From Candidatus Angelobacter sp. (GTDB lineage Bacteria; Chloroflexota; Dormibacteria; Aeolococcales; Aeolococcaceae), in the NCBI GenBank assembly GCA_035569495.1, contig DATMMX010000047.1:75937-139936 (forward strand): a stretch of DNA of 64,000 nucleotides. The letters run 5' to 3'. How positions within the stretch are numbered: position 1 is the first letter of the stretch; each line of letters begins with the position of its first letter. Under the pieces are notes generated by a model. The model was not told where the DNA came from, made no database searches, and saw nothing but the letters and a program-made list of their open reading frames with translations. Positions 9,551 to 17,946 of this stretch are shown here, piece by piece. The position numbers were made by a program, and so were the translations under genes.

Positions 9551-10307
9551 CGGCCGCCGCCTCGAAGCGCGCCATGCGGGCGCGGATGTGGGCGAGGTCG
9601 GCGTCGTGCAGCGAGCGCACCACGGCCATGCCCAGCTGCAGGTGCGGCGGCGCGCAGAGCATCGTGGCGATGGTCTCGGCGACGTCCTCGGGCCGCAGGA
9701 AGCCGTCCAGCGCCTCGCGCGGCAGCGGAGTTGCGGACGCGGACGACCAGAACGCGGTGTCCACCCCGCCGGGGAAGACGCCGTGCACGCGCACGCCGCA
9801 GAGGCGCCCCTCTTCGGCGATGGCCTCGGTGAAGCCGCGCACCGCGAACTTGGTTGCGCAGTAGACGGATTCACCGGGCTCGCCGCGCAGCCCGGCGGTC
9901 GACACCACGTTGACGATCTGCCCACCGCCGCCCACCGCCATGGCGCAGAAGGCTTCGCGACAGAGCAGCACGACGGCGCGGACGTTGACGTGCCACATCA
10001 GGTCGAGGTCGGCGGTGCTGATGTGTTCCACCGGCGCATGCCGGGCCAGTCCCGCGTTGTTGACCAGCACGTCGAGACGGCCGTGCCGCGCCAGCACGGC
10101 GGCGAGCGCCGCGGTCACCGCGCCGTCGTCACCGACGTCGACCACTACGCCCTCACCCCAGGATGCGTCGCGCACCGACGCCGCGACGTCGAAGCCGACC
10201 ACCTCGGCACCGCGCCGGGCCAGCGCTCTCGCGGTGGCGGCGCCGATGCCCGCGGCGGCGCCGGTGACCACGGCGACCTGGCCACGAAGCGGAAGGGGCG
10301 TCTCCAT
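9543..10307 (-). CDS. SDR-family NAD(P)-dependent oxidoreductase
   Basis: The Rossmann motif is VAVVTGAAAGIGAATARALARRGAEV. NNAG is present (VLVNNAG). The catalytic triad is S…YxxxK (YCATKFAVRGF). The stop overlaps the esterase start by 8 nt. Confidence 0.85.
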   Translation of the reverse strand: METPLPLRGQVAVVTGAAAGIGAATARALARRGAEVVGFDVAASVRDASWGEGVVVDVGDDGAVTAALAAVLARHGRLDVLVNNAGLARHAPVEHISTADLDLMWHVNVRAVVLLCREAFCAMAVGGGGQIVNVVSTAGLRGEPGESVYCATKFAVRGFTEAIAEEGRLCGVRVHGVFPGGVDTAFWSSASATPLPREALDGFLRPEDVAETIATMLCAPPHLQLGMAVVRSLHDADLAHIRARMARFEAAADG

Positions 10308-10329
10308 TGTGCGAGCGGGGGTGCGCGGC

Positions 10330-11160
10330 CTAGCCGGCGCGGTGGTAGAGGAGCGGGTTGATCTCGCTCGCCGCGAGGTCGCCGGGGTGCAGGCCGGGCA
10401 GCCACCGCCCCAGGTCGGCGCGGCGCTCGTCGCTGTCGGCGGGGCCGACGCGCGTGCCGTCGGCGAAGTAGATCACCGTCATCACCTCGCGCATGGCGCC
10501 GGTCTGGTTGCCCGGGGCGCGGTGCACCATCCAGCCGTCGTGGAAGGTCGCGTCGCCGGAGCGGAGGGGGCCGACGGCGGCGATCGGCGCGCCGGTCTCG
10601 GCCAGCTTCTGGGTGAAGTGGGCGTCCGAGTCGTCGGAGATGCGGGTGCCGCGCATGTCGGCGTTGCGGTGCGAGCCGGTGGCGAACTCCATGCCCGCCT
10701 CGACGTCGACCAGCGGCATCCACATGGTGACCGTGTGGTCGGTGTCGAGCGGCCAGTAGTAGCGGTCCTGGTGCCACGGGGTGTGGCCGCCGCCGGGCTC
10801 CTTGAACAGCGCCTGGTCGTGGTAGAGGCGGACGCCGTCGACGCCCATCAGGTCGGCGGCCATCCTGGCGAAGCGGTGGGCGAGCACGAAGCGGGCCACC
10901 GCCGGGTCGCGCAGCCAGATGTTCCAGACCTGCAGGAAGGCCCTGCCGTAGGTGTCGCGCTCCTCCAGGGGGCGGTGCTCCTGGTTGAGGCGGCGCACGG
11001 CGGCGCCGATGTGTTCGCGGTACGCGCTCAGCTCGGACGGGGTGCAGACGCCGGGCACGACCAGGTGGCCGTCGCGGCGGAAGGCGGCCACCTGGGCGGC
11101 ATCCAGGTGATGCTCGCCGGTCAGCGCGGGCAGGGTGGTGGCGTCGAGGGTGCTGCTCAC
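10330..11160 (-). CDS. Phytanoyl-CoA dioxygenase (PhyH) family Fe(II)/2-oxoglutarate oxygenase, paralog 1
   Basis: The HxD facial-triad context is HTPWHQDRYYWPLD, with a distal His (FHDGWMVHRAPGN). The start was chosen at in-frame GTG 11158-11160 (VSSTLD…) preceded by GGAAGGA. The ORF-track N-terminal extension (MGRYSKEYLLFLEG) uses AT-rich codons (tat, agt, tta, ttt) atypical for this genome, so I treat it as non-coding. Confidence 0.7.
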   Translation of the reverse strand: MSSTLDATTLPALTGEHHLDAAQVAAFRRDGHLVVPGVCTPSELSAYREHIGAAVRRLNQEHRPLEERDTYGRAFLQVWNIWLRDPAVARFVLAHRFARMAADLMGVDGVRLYHDQALFKEPGGGHTPWHQDRYYWPLDTDHTVTMWMPLVDVEAGMEFATGSHRNADMRGTRISDDSDAHFTQKLAETGAPIAAVGPLRSGDATFHDGWMVHRAPGNQTGAMREVMTVIYFADGTRVGPADSDERRADLGRWLPGLHPGDLAASEINPLLYHRAG

Positions 11161-11203
11161 TGGTCCTTCCAGAAAAAGTAAGTACTCCTTACTATATCTG
11201 CCC
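11161..11203. promoter_or_regulatory. 43-bp AT-rich divergent control region with perfect inverted repeat AGTAAG-N5-CTTACT
   Basis: The sequence is tggtccttccagaaaaAGTAAGtactcCTTACTatatctgccc. AGTAAG (11177-11182) and CTTACT (11188-11193) are perfect reverse complements. The repeat is embedded in the only AT-rich stretch between the divergently transcribed PhyH1 operon and GH31 gene. Candidate -10 elements are on both strands (TATATC on the plus strand 6 nt before ATG 11204; TATAGT on the minus strand). Confidence 0.5.
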
Positions 11204-14176
11204 ATGAGCTTTCCCGCAACCTGGCAACCTCCCTCCGGCAGCGCACCGCCCGGCGGCGGCGGCGCCCGCGGCGCGGTGCGCGTCACCGAGCTGTCCCCGA
11301 CCTGCCTGCGCGTCGAGCTGACCCCGGCCGGCAACGCGTTCACGGAGGCGGCGACGCTGATGGTCCCGGTGCGGCTGCAGGGACGGCCACTGGAGGCTGG
11401 CGAGGAGGGCGCGGCGCGCCGTGTGTGGCGCTCGTCCTCGGGCGAGGTGGAGGTGGCGGTCGAGATCGGCGGGGCGCGTCCGCCCGGCCCCGGCGACGTC
11501 GAGGTGCGCTGGCGGCACGGTGGCGAGGCCGGCAGCTTCCGCGCCGACGACTCCGACCCCACCAACTTCCGTGGCACGGTCCGCTCCCTCGACGTGGTCG
11601 GCGGCCACAACCTGCCGGCGCTGCCGCCGTCGCTGCTCTCCCGGCGCGGCGCGGTGGTCATCGAGGACCGCAGCGCGCTGCTCGACCCCGGCGACGGCTT
11701 CCCCCGCCCGCGCCCGGTCGAGAACGGCGTCCACGACCTCTACGTCTTCGCCTACGGCCGCGACCACCGCACCGCCCTGCGCGACTGGATCGCCCTGACC
11801 GGTCGTCCCGCGCTGATCCCCCGCTACTGCTTCGGCCTCTGGTGGTCGCGCTATCACCCGCACACGCAGAGCGAATTCCTGGCCATCGTCGACCGCTTCG
11901 CCGCCGAGGGCATGCCCCTCGACGTGCTGGTGGTGGACGTCGACTGGCACCTGCACGGCTGGGAGGGCTACGACTTCGACCCGCGCTGCTTCCCCGACCC
12001 ACCGGCGTTCTTCGCGGCGCTGCGCGAACGGGGCGTCCACACCACCTTCAACGTGCACCCGCGCGGCGCCATCCAGCCGGAGGACAGCCACTACGCCGAG
12101 TGCGTGCAGCGCCTTCCCCCGGGCCGCGTCGAGCCGGGCGCGGGCGTGGGGCTCGACCTGGCCCGCGCCGCGGAGGCGCAGATCGGTGCGGACATGCGCC
12201 GCCCGCTGGAGGACATGGGCGTCGCCTTCTGGTGGACCGACGGCAACCACGCGCACCTCGCCGGCCTCGACCCGCAGATGGCCACCAACCACGCCTTCCA
12301 CGTCGCCGCCGCGCAGCGCCGGGACCGCCGCCCCGTGGTGTTCTCGCGCTACGGCGGCCACGGGTCGCAGCGCCACGGCATCGGCTTCAGCGCCGACACC
12401 CAGAGCCACTGGGAAGTTCTGGCCTACCTTGTCGATTTCACGGCGACCGCCGCCGACGAGGCGTTCGGCACGTGGTCGCACGACGTGGGCGGCTTCTTCG
12501 GGCGGCGGCTCGACGGCGAGCTGCTGCGGCGCTGGATGCAGGCGGCTCTGCTCTGGCCGGTGCTGCGTCTCCACTCCGACACCTTCGGCGAGCGCCTTCC
12601 CTGGGAGTACGACGGCGACGTGCTGGAGGCGGCGCGCACGGTGGCGACGCTGCGCCGGCGGCTGGTGCCGGCGCTGTACAGCCTGGCCCACGAGCTGCAC
12701 CGCACCGGGATGGCGCCGTACCGGCCGATGCACCTCGCCTTCCCCGACTGGGACGGCGCCGCGGAGGTGCGCGGGCAGGCGATGCTCGGCGACGCGCTGC
12801 TGACCGCACCGGTGGTCGAGCCGGCCCGCGAGCCCGGCGGCGTCTCGGTGCGCCGGGTGGTGCTGCCGCCCGGGGAGTGGCACGAGCTCGACGCGTCGCT
12901 GCACGGCGGGCGGCGGCTGCGCGGACCGGCTGTGCTCGACCTCCGCGTCGGGCCGCAGGAGATGCCGCTCTACGGGCGCGCCGGGGGCATCGTGGTGGAG
13001 CAGGACGCGGCGCGGCGCGGGGTCGACGGGCCGCCCGATCCGCTGATGGTCACCGTGTTCCACGGCGCCGACGGGAGCTTCGTGCACTACGACGACGACG
13101 GGATCACCCGGGCGCACGAGCAGGGCGCGGTGGCACTGACGCCGATCGTCTACGACAACGCGGGCGCCACGGTGCGGCTGGGGCCGGTCGAGGGCGACCG
13201 GTCGATGCTGCCCGAGGTGCGGCGCGTGGTGGTGCGGCTGGTCGGCGTCGACGGCGCACCAGGGGGACCGCCCGGCGGTCGCGAAGTTTCTGCCAGTTTC
13301 AACTGGAACCTGGCCGGCGGCTCGATCTCGATCGGCTTCCACGTCGCCGGCGTCGATCCGGCGCGTGAGGCCCAGCTCGACATGGCGGCGCGCATCCGCG
13401 ACGCGGTGCGGGCCGCGGAGGAGCAGGGGGCGGTGATCCAGGCCCGGCTCGACGGTGCGACCACCCCCGCCGGCGCGGCCGAGCGCATCCACGGTGCCCC
13501 CGTCACCGAGCCCGCGCGCAGCGAGGCCCTCATGGCGCTCACACGCGCCGCCGTCCACGTCCTGGTCGAGCACCGCGACGGGCGGCTCACACCGGTGGTC
13601 ACCGTGGCCCAGCCGGACATTCCCGGATACATCGCGGTCGCCGGCCGGCCCGATGCCGTCGACCTCGCACCTGGGCGCAACCACGACCTGCGCCATCACT
13701 CCTGGCCAGTGTCGCTGCGCCTGCTGCACGACGGCAAAACCGTCGCCGAGGTGGGGCGCACCTTGACCCAGGACCTCACCTACCTGCGTCTGCTCAGCGT
13801 CCGCAACGCCGGCGGCGAGTGGCAGCACCTCGGTGCGACGCTTGCACCGCATCCCCTCGACGAGCCGCAGGCGCGGATCGACCTCGAGCCGTTCGCCGGC
13901 GCGCCCATCGAGGTCGCGGCCGCGCTGCGCAGCGAAAGAGATCAGGAGGTGGTGCTGCGCTGCACCGAGAAGCTGGGCCTGCAGCTGCAGGTCAACGGAG
14001 AGGAGGTGGCGCTGCACGCGGAGCAGCACCGCAATCATCGCGACCGCCGCGCGGCCACGGTGCACCTGCGCGCCGGCGACAACACGATCCTGCTGCGCTG
14101 CGACGCGCCGGCGTACGACCACTTCATGGCCGTCCAGGTGAGCGCGCCCCACGGCGTGGAGGTGGTGCGCCCCTAA
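11204..14176 (+). CDS. Glycoside hydrolase family 31 protein (alpha-glucosidase/alpha-xylosidase superfamily), 990 aa
   Basis: The N-terminal beta-sandwich is followed by a (beta/alpha)8 core with GH31-like blocks (GRPALIPRYCFGLWWSRY…, MPLDVLVVDVDWHLHGWEGYDFDP, GVAFWWTDGN). C-terminal beta-domains follow. No signal peptide. Possibly a leaderless mRNA (no SD before ATG). Confidence 0.7.
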   Translation: MSFPATWQPPSGSAPPGGGGARGAVRVTELSPTCLRVELTPAGNAFTEAATLMVPVRLQGRPLEAGEEGAARRVWRSSSGEVEVAVEIGGARPPGPGDVEVRWRHGGEAGSFRADDSDPTNFRGTVRSLDVVGGHNLPALPPSLLSRRGAVVIEDRSALLDPGDGFPRPRPVENGVHDLYVFAYGRDHRTALRDWIALTGRPALIPRYCFGLWWSRYHPHTQSEFLAIVDRFAAEGMPLDVLVVDVDWHLHGWEGYDFDPRCFPDPPAFFAALRERGVHTTFNVHPRGAIQPEDSHYAECVQRLPPGRVEPGAGVGLDLARAAEAQIGADMRRPLEDMGVAFWWTDGNHAHLAGLDPQMATNHAFHVAAAQRRDRRPVVFSRYGGHGSQRHGIGFSADTQSHWEVLAYLVDFTATAADEAFGTWSHDVGGFFGRRLDGELLRRWMQAALLWPVLRLHSDTFGERLPWEYDGDVLEAARTVATLRRRLVPALYSLAHELHRTGMAPYRPMHLAFPDWDGAAEVRGQAMLGDALLTAPVVEPAREPGGVSVRRVVLPPGEWHELDASLHGGRRLRGPAVLDLRVGPQEMPLYGRAGGIVVEQDAARRGVDGPPDPLMVTVFHGADGSFVHYDDDGITRAHEQGAVALTPIVYDNAGATVRLGPVEGDRSMLPEVRRVVVRLVGVDGAPGGPPGGREVSASFNWNLAGGSISIGFHVAGVDPAREAQLDMAARIRDAVRAAEEQGAVIQARLDGATTPAGAAERIHGAPVTEPARSEALMALTRAAVHVLVEHRDGRLTPVVTVAQPDIPGYIAVAGRPDAVDLAPGRNHDLRHHSWPVSLRLLHDGKTVAEVGRTLTQDLTYLRLLSVRNAGGEWQHLGATLAPHPLDEPQARIDLEPFAGAPIEVAAALRSERDQEVVLRCTEKLGLQLQVNGEEVALHAEQHRNHRDRRAATVHLRAGDNTILLRCDAPAYDHFMAVQVSAPHGVEVVRP

Positions 14177-15885
14177 GCGCCCGGCCGCACCGTCACCACG
14201 ACGAGCGACGGGGTCGCCGGCCCGGTGCACAGCGTCTGCCGCGCGGCGCGCAGGTCCTCGCGCCGGTCCGTCCCCGGAGTCGCGCCGGTGCCCGCGTTGA
14301 CGTCGTAGCGCGGGAACGACGAGCTGCACACGTCGACGCGCAGGCGGTGTCCCGCCTCGACGCGGTAGGCGATGTTCCAGCAGTGCACAGGGAATCGCTC
14401 CACCGCGCCCCGGCGCAGCCGCGGCGTGCCCGGTCCGAAGCGGTGGCGTCCGCGCACGTACCCGTCGGTGATGTTGACCGCGCGTCCCGCCGCGTCGACG
14501 TCGAGCAGGCGGACGCAGACGTCGGTGTCGGCGGCGTCGGTGGCCAGCCAGATCGTCGCCACCACCGGTCCGGCCAGCTCCAGCGGCTCCCCCAGCGGAG
14601 GACCGGTGAACGAGCAGACGTCGGGCCGCGCGCCACCGCTGATGCCGTCCTGGTCCATCGGCCCGGCGGGCAGTCCCAGCGCCGGGCCACCGCGCGTTGG
14701 CACGGGATCCGAAGGGTCGTGCACCCACCACACCGCGCCGTCGTCATCGGGCCCGGCCACACCCAGCGACCCCGAGGACCGATCCGGCCCCGCCTGCAAA
14801 TACAGTGGCAGGGAGCGCACGCCCGGAGGCGGCCACGACGCCGCCTCGTCCCAGCGGTCCGCGCCGACGACGTAGTACGTCACCGGCGCCAGGTCGCGGG
14901 CGATGCCGCCGTCGCCGGCCAGCCACGACTGCGTCCACTCCACCAGCAGCGCGTCGTCGTACCTGCCGGCGTTGGGCGCGAGCGCGGTCAGCCCCGCGGG
15001 CGCCGGCGCGTGGCTGGTCGGCGCCATCACCAGCCGGTGCTGGGCGCCACCCGCCGCACCGCCCCGCTGCAACGCCGCGAACATGCTCACCTGGTCCTGC
15101 GCCCACAGGTCGTACCAGCCGCCGACGATCAGCACCGGCACGTCGAACGCGTCCTGCGCCGGCGGCCCCGGATCGCTCAGCCAGGTGTGGGTGAATGGCG
15201 CGGTGAAGAGTTCCTGCCAGGCGCGGCCAAAAAGCGGCGCCGCGGCGTACTCGGCGCGGTCGATCAGCGGCAGCCGTGACAGCGCGTGGTGCGCGCGCGC
15301 CGCCGCCACGTCGAGGCAGGGCAACCCGTCCGCCCCCACGCGCACCACCTGTTCGAACTCCAGCGCCAGCGCGTACAGCGCGCCGCGCGCGGCGTCGTGG
15401 GTGTCCGGCGCCTCCGCCGCCTGCCGCGGCATCCAGTGCGCCGCCAGGGACAGGCAGAGCGCGCCACCCTCGTGCATGGTCAGCGGCCGCCACCAGGCCG
15501 GGCACCGCGCAGGCGCGATGGCGCGCAGCCCCGCGGGCCGCGACCGCGCCGCGCGAAGCTGGGTCATCCCGGCGTAGGAGATGCCGTGCATGCCCACCGT
15601 CCCGTCGCACCACGGCTGCGCCGCCGCCCAGGCCACCGCCGCCGCGCCGTCGGCGCCGTCGCTCAACCCGAAGTCGAACACGCCGGATGACCCGCCCCGC
15701 CCGCGCACGTCCTGGGTCACCACCGCGACGGTGGCCGGGTTGCGGCCAAGGTTGACGTCAACCATCTCGAAGTCGACGCCGTAGGGGGTGCGGAACAGCG
15801 ACGCCGGCCACGGTCCCGCGCCGGACGGCGGCAGCCGCACCACCGTGTTCAGCCCGTCCACCCGCGCCCCGGCAGCGAGGCTCAC
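14173..15885 (-). CDS. CocE/NonD-family (S15, X-Pro dipeptidyl-peptidase-like) alpha/beta hydrolase
   Basis: Start taken at GTG whose GTGA overlaps the stop of the upstream lipoprotein gene. The N-terminal region is typical of the family (…VRLPPSGAGPWPASLFRTPYG…). The nucleophile region is AQPWCDGTVGMHGISYAGMTQ (GxSYxG). A C-terminal beta-sandwich domain is present. The first ~145 aa of the ORF-track frame (R/G-rich) are rejected. Confidence 0.7.
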   Translation of the reverse strand: MSLAAGARVDGLNTVVRLPPSGAGPWPASLFRTPYGVDFEMVDVNLGRNPATVAVVTQDVRGRGGSSGVFDFGLSDGADGAAAVAWAAAQPWCDGTVGMHGISYAGMTQLRAARSRPAGLRAIAPARCPAWWRPLTMHEGGALCLSLAAHWMPRQAAEAPDTHDAARGALYALALEFEQVVRVGADGLPCLDVAAARAHHALSRLPLIDRAEYAAAPLFGRAWQELFTAPFTHTWLSDPGPPAQDAFDVPVLIVGGWYDLWAQDQVSMFAALQRGGAAGGAQHRLVMAPTSHAPAPAGLTALAPNAGRYDDALLVEWTQSWLAGDGGIARDLAPVTYYVVGADRWDEAASWPPPGVRSLPLYLQAGPDRSSGSLGVAGPDDDGAVWWVHDPSDPVPTRGGPALGLPAGPMDQDGISGGARPDVCSFTGPPLGEPLELAGPVVATIWLATDAADTDVCVRLLDVDAAGRAVNITDGYVRGRHRFGPGTPRLRRGAVERFPVHCWNIAYRVEAGHRLRVDVCSSSFPRYDVNAGTGATPGTDRREDLRAARQTLCTGPATPSLVVVTVRPGA

Positions 15886-16328
15886 GTGCACCCCGCGGTG
15901 GAGCAGGTGCGCAGCAGGTCGAGCGTGACATGGCCGTCGCCCCCGCACCAGTCCGGCGCGGATGGGCCCGGCGATACGCAGGGGATCGCCGTCGGGGTCG
16001 GACCGCCGGGCGCCTTCCAGATGTCGCAGTGCAGCGAGCGTCCCGCCTCGGCGGCGACGCATTGCCAGTCGGTGTACGACCTGCCCCCGTCGCTGCTGAT
16101 GACGAACTCGCCGGTGCTGGTCGGGTCGGGGAGCCGGGTGTCGCGCCCGTCCACCTGGACGGCGCCGGTGTTGACCGAGAGCGTCACCGGGGTGCCGCTG
16201 GGCAGCGTCCCCGAGTACGTCCCCGCCGCCAGCGAGGCCGCACCGGCCTGGGTGGAGCCGCACGCGCCGAGCGCGCCGCAGCAGGCGAGCACCGCCAGCG
16301 CCGCCGCCACGCCGCGCACGCGCCACAT
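15882..16328 (-). CDS. Small Cys-rich lipoprotein (hypothetical, 148 aa)
   Basis: The signal/lipobox is MWRVRGVAAALAVLACCGALGACGS. The mature part has 8 Cys (…WQCVAAEAGRSLHCDIW…CVSPGPSAPDWCGG…LRTCSTAGCT). The ATG shares one base with the upstream stop (TGATG), and the stop overlaps the downstream GTG start (GTGA). The ORF-track upstream extension is wrong-frame garbage. Confidence 0.55.
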   Translation of the reverse strand: MWRVRGVAAALAVLACCGALGACGSTQAGAASLAAGTYSGTLPSGTPVTLSVNTGAVQVDGRDTRLPDPTSTGEFVISSDGGRSYTDWQCVAAEAGRSLHCDIWKAPGGPTPTAIPCVSPGPSAPDWCGGDGHVTLDLLRTCSTAGCT

Positions 16329-17440
16329 CACGGCAGCGGCGCCGGAGTGACTGAGGACAGCGTCGCCGACCCGTCGAGCGCGAAGGGGGCGCCGGCGAGG
16401 GTGCTCTGGGGCTGCGCCGCCGCCGTCCACTGCACGATCAGCCCGCCCAGCCCGGTGGCCACGGCATAGGTGACCTTTTCGGTGAGGTTGGTGGTCGCCG
16501 GCGCCGTGCCCGACGCGGTGCTCACCTGGGTGGCCACCAGGGTGATGGTGGCCTGCACCTGCCAGGCGTCCACCGGGGTGCCGCAGGCGTTGACCCGGAT
16601 GCGGCCGAGGTCGGTGGCGTCGATGGTCATGGCGGTGCCGGTCACCGGATCGGTCTGCGAGTCCTTCCAGGTGCCGGTGGTGCCGGGCGTCCCCGGGTTG
16701 TTGGGGTCGGGCTGGTACTGCGACGCCTGCGCCGCGGGAGTGCTGAGCAGGGTCAGCGCCGCCGCCGGCTTGAAGACGACCGCCCCACCCGGCACCGGGA
16801 TCGACAGCCCCGCCAGCGCGAAGCGCGAGGTTGGCGAGACCAGCGGGGTGCTCGGCTGCGCGCTGGAGTTGGTGGCGGCGTACTCGCCGGCGGAGTCCGG
16901 GAAACCGAGCACGGCGCCGGCCTCGGTGAAGCCGAAGCTGCCCTGGGCGGGCTGGGTGACGGCGCTCACCGTGCCGGTCGTCGCGGCGGCGAGGGGTGCG
17001 GCGGGGGCGCCACCGCGCGTCACGTTGCCCGTCTGCAGGAACGCCCAGCGGCCGGCGGTGGCGGCGTCGCTCACCTCGGTGGTGGCCGCGGCGGCCGAGG
17101 GCTTGAGCGGATCGAGCGGCGGGCACGCCAGGTCGTCGGGCGGGGGCGGCGGCAGCACGAACCCGGTCCCGTGCGGAATGGGCAATGCTGCCGGCACCGC
17201 GAGCTGAGGCACGCTGTACACGGGCAGCGCCTCGGCCAGTGGGGCGGGTGCGGGCGCTCCGGGGCGGGGCGCCTCCGGCAGCGGCCGGGTGCCCACGGTG
17301 ATGCTGAGCGGCACGTTCTTCATGCCGAGCTGCACCTGCACGGAGGGGCCGCAGCCGGTGGCCAGCAGAGGGAGCGCGGCGGCCAGGGGCAGCGCCAGGG
17401 CGCGGCCGTCGGCGCGAAAGGCGGCGGCGAGGCGGATCAT
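16328..17440 (-). CDS. Lipoprotein, Pro/Ala/Thr-rich (hypothetical, ~370 aa)
   Basis: Internal ATG (MIRLAAAFRADGRALALPLAAALPLLATGCGPS; lipobox LATGC) overlaps the stop of the upstream gene (ATGA). It has a proline-rich linker (PLPEAPRPGAPAPAPL…PPPPPDD) and then a T/A/G-rich beta-rich region. No recognisable catalytic motif. Confidence 0.5.
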   Translation of the reverse strand: MIRLAAAFRADGRALALPLAAALPLLATGCGPSVQVQLGMKNVPLSITVGTRPLPEAPRPGAPAPAPLAEALPVYSVPQLAVPAALPIPHGTGFVLPPPPPDDLACPPLDPLKPSAAAATTEVSDAATAGRWAFLQTGNVTRGGAPAAPLAAATTGTVSAVTQPAQGSFGFTEAGAVLGFPDSAGEYAATNSSAQPSTPLVSPTSRFALAGLSIPVPGGAVVFKPAAALTLLSTPAAQASQYQPDPNNPGTPGTTGTWKDSQTDPVTGTAMTIDATDLGRIRVNACGTPVDAWQVQATITLVATQVSTASGTAPATTNLTEKVTYAVATGLGGLIVQWTAAAQPQSTLAGAPFALDGSATLSSVTPAPLP

Positions 17441-17946
17441 CGTCCCTCCTGGAATCGGACCAGTGCGCCCAGGAAGGCCTGGGGGTCCTTGAGCTGGTTG
17501 CTGACGGTGAGCACCTCGAAGACGCCCGGATTGCGGTCGGGGAACCAGACGAAGAGGTGCACGTCGGGCCGGACCTGGTCGGCGACCCACTGGCCGGCCA
17601 CCCGGTAGTAGCGGTAGGAGCCGCTGCCGAGCTGCTTGCGGATGTCGTGCTGGACGTCGACGTCGGTGGTGTCCAGGTCGGCGCGCAGCGTGGCCACCTG
17701 GAGCGCGGCGTAGACGGCGCCCTGGGCGCGCAGGGTGTACAGCCGTCCCTGGTCGACCTGGGTGCGGGGCACGTCGAAGCCGGAGCGGGCGTCGGTCTCC
17801 TCGTGCACCGTGTAGCCGTCGACCGCCGCCGGGAGGATGCGCGAGGGGAGCTGCGGCGTGGTGGCGGCCACCGCGCTGCCGCAGGCGGCCAGCGCGGCGC
17901 CGGCGAGCAGGGCGAGCGGGGCGAACAGCAGGCGCGGCGCCCTCAC
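17437..17946 (-). CDS. Lipoprotein (hypothetical, ~169 aa)
   Basis: GTG start (VRAPRLLFAPLALLAGAALAACGS; lipobox LAAC) overlaps the TGA of the transglutaminase gene (GTGA). The mature part is …YTVHEETDARSGFDVPRTQVDQGRLYTLRAQGAVYAALQVATLRADLDTTDVDVQHDIRKQLGSGSYRYYRVAGQWVADQVRPDVHLFVWFPDRNPGVFEVLTVSNQLKDPQAFLGALVRFQEGR, with normal composition and no known domain. Confidence 0.5.
   Translation of the reverse strand: MRAPRLLFAPLALLAGAALAACGSAVAATTPQLPSRILPAAVDGYTVHEETDARSGFDVPRTQVDQGRLYTLRAQGAVYAALQVATLRADLDTTDVDVQHDIRKQLGSGSYRYYRVAGQWVADQVRPDVHLFVWFPDRNPGVFEVLTVSNQLKDPQAFLGALVRFQEGR

Noticed and set aside
11161-11206. ORF-track N-terminal extension of PhyH1 (MGRYSKEYLLFLEGP...) reaching into the GH31 start codon
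   Set aside because: Its codons (tat, agt, tta, ttt, ctt) are AT-rich and atypical for this genome. An in-frame GTG with a GGAAGGA RBS lies just downstream. The stretch is better explained as promoter DNA.
11192-14731. 1179-aa minus-strand ORF antisense to GH31 gene 1, and similar giant ORFs 22510..25641 plus, 25506..27974 plus, 43959..45392 minus, 48292..49620 plus and 57981..58454 minus
   Set aside because: These are low-complexity R/G/A/H-rich products antisense to genes with clear family signatures. They are GC-frame artefacts.
16260-17440. Apparent 1-nt coordinate offset between my reading of the printed sequence and the ORF track, around 16260-17440 and again near 32760
   Set aside because: Probably a counting or line-length artefact on my side rather than biology. 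I anchored all calls on ORF-track coordinates and amino-acid indices, and flag possible plus or minus 1 nt uncertainty on refined starts.
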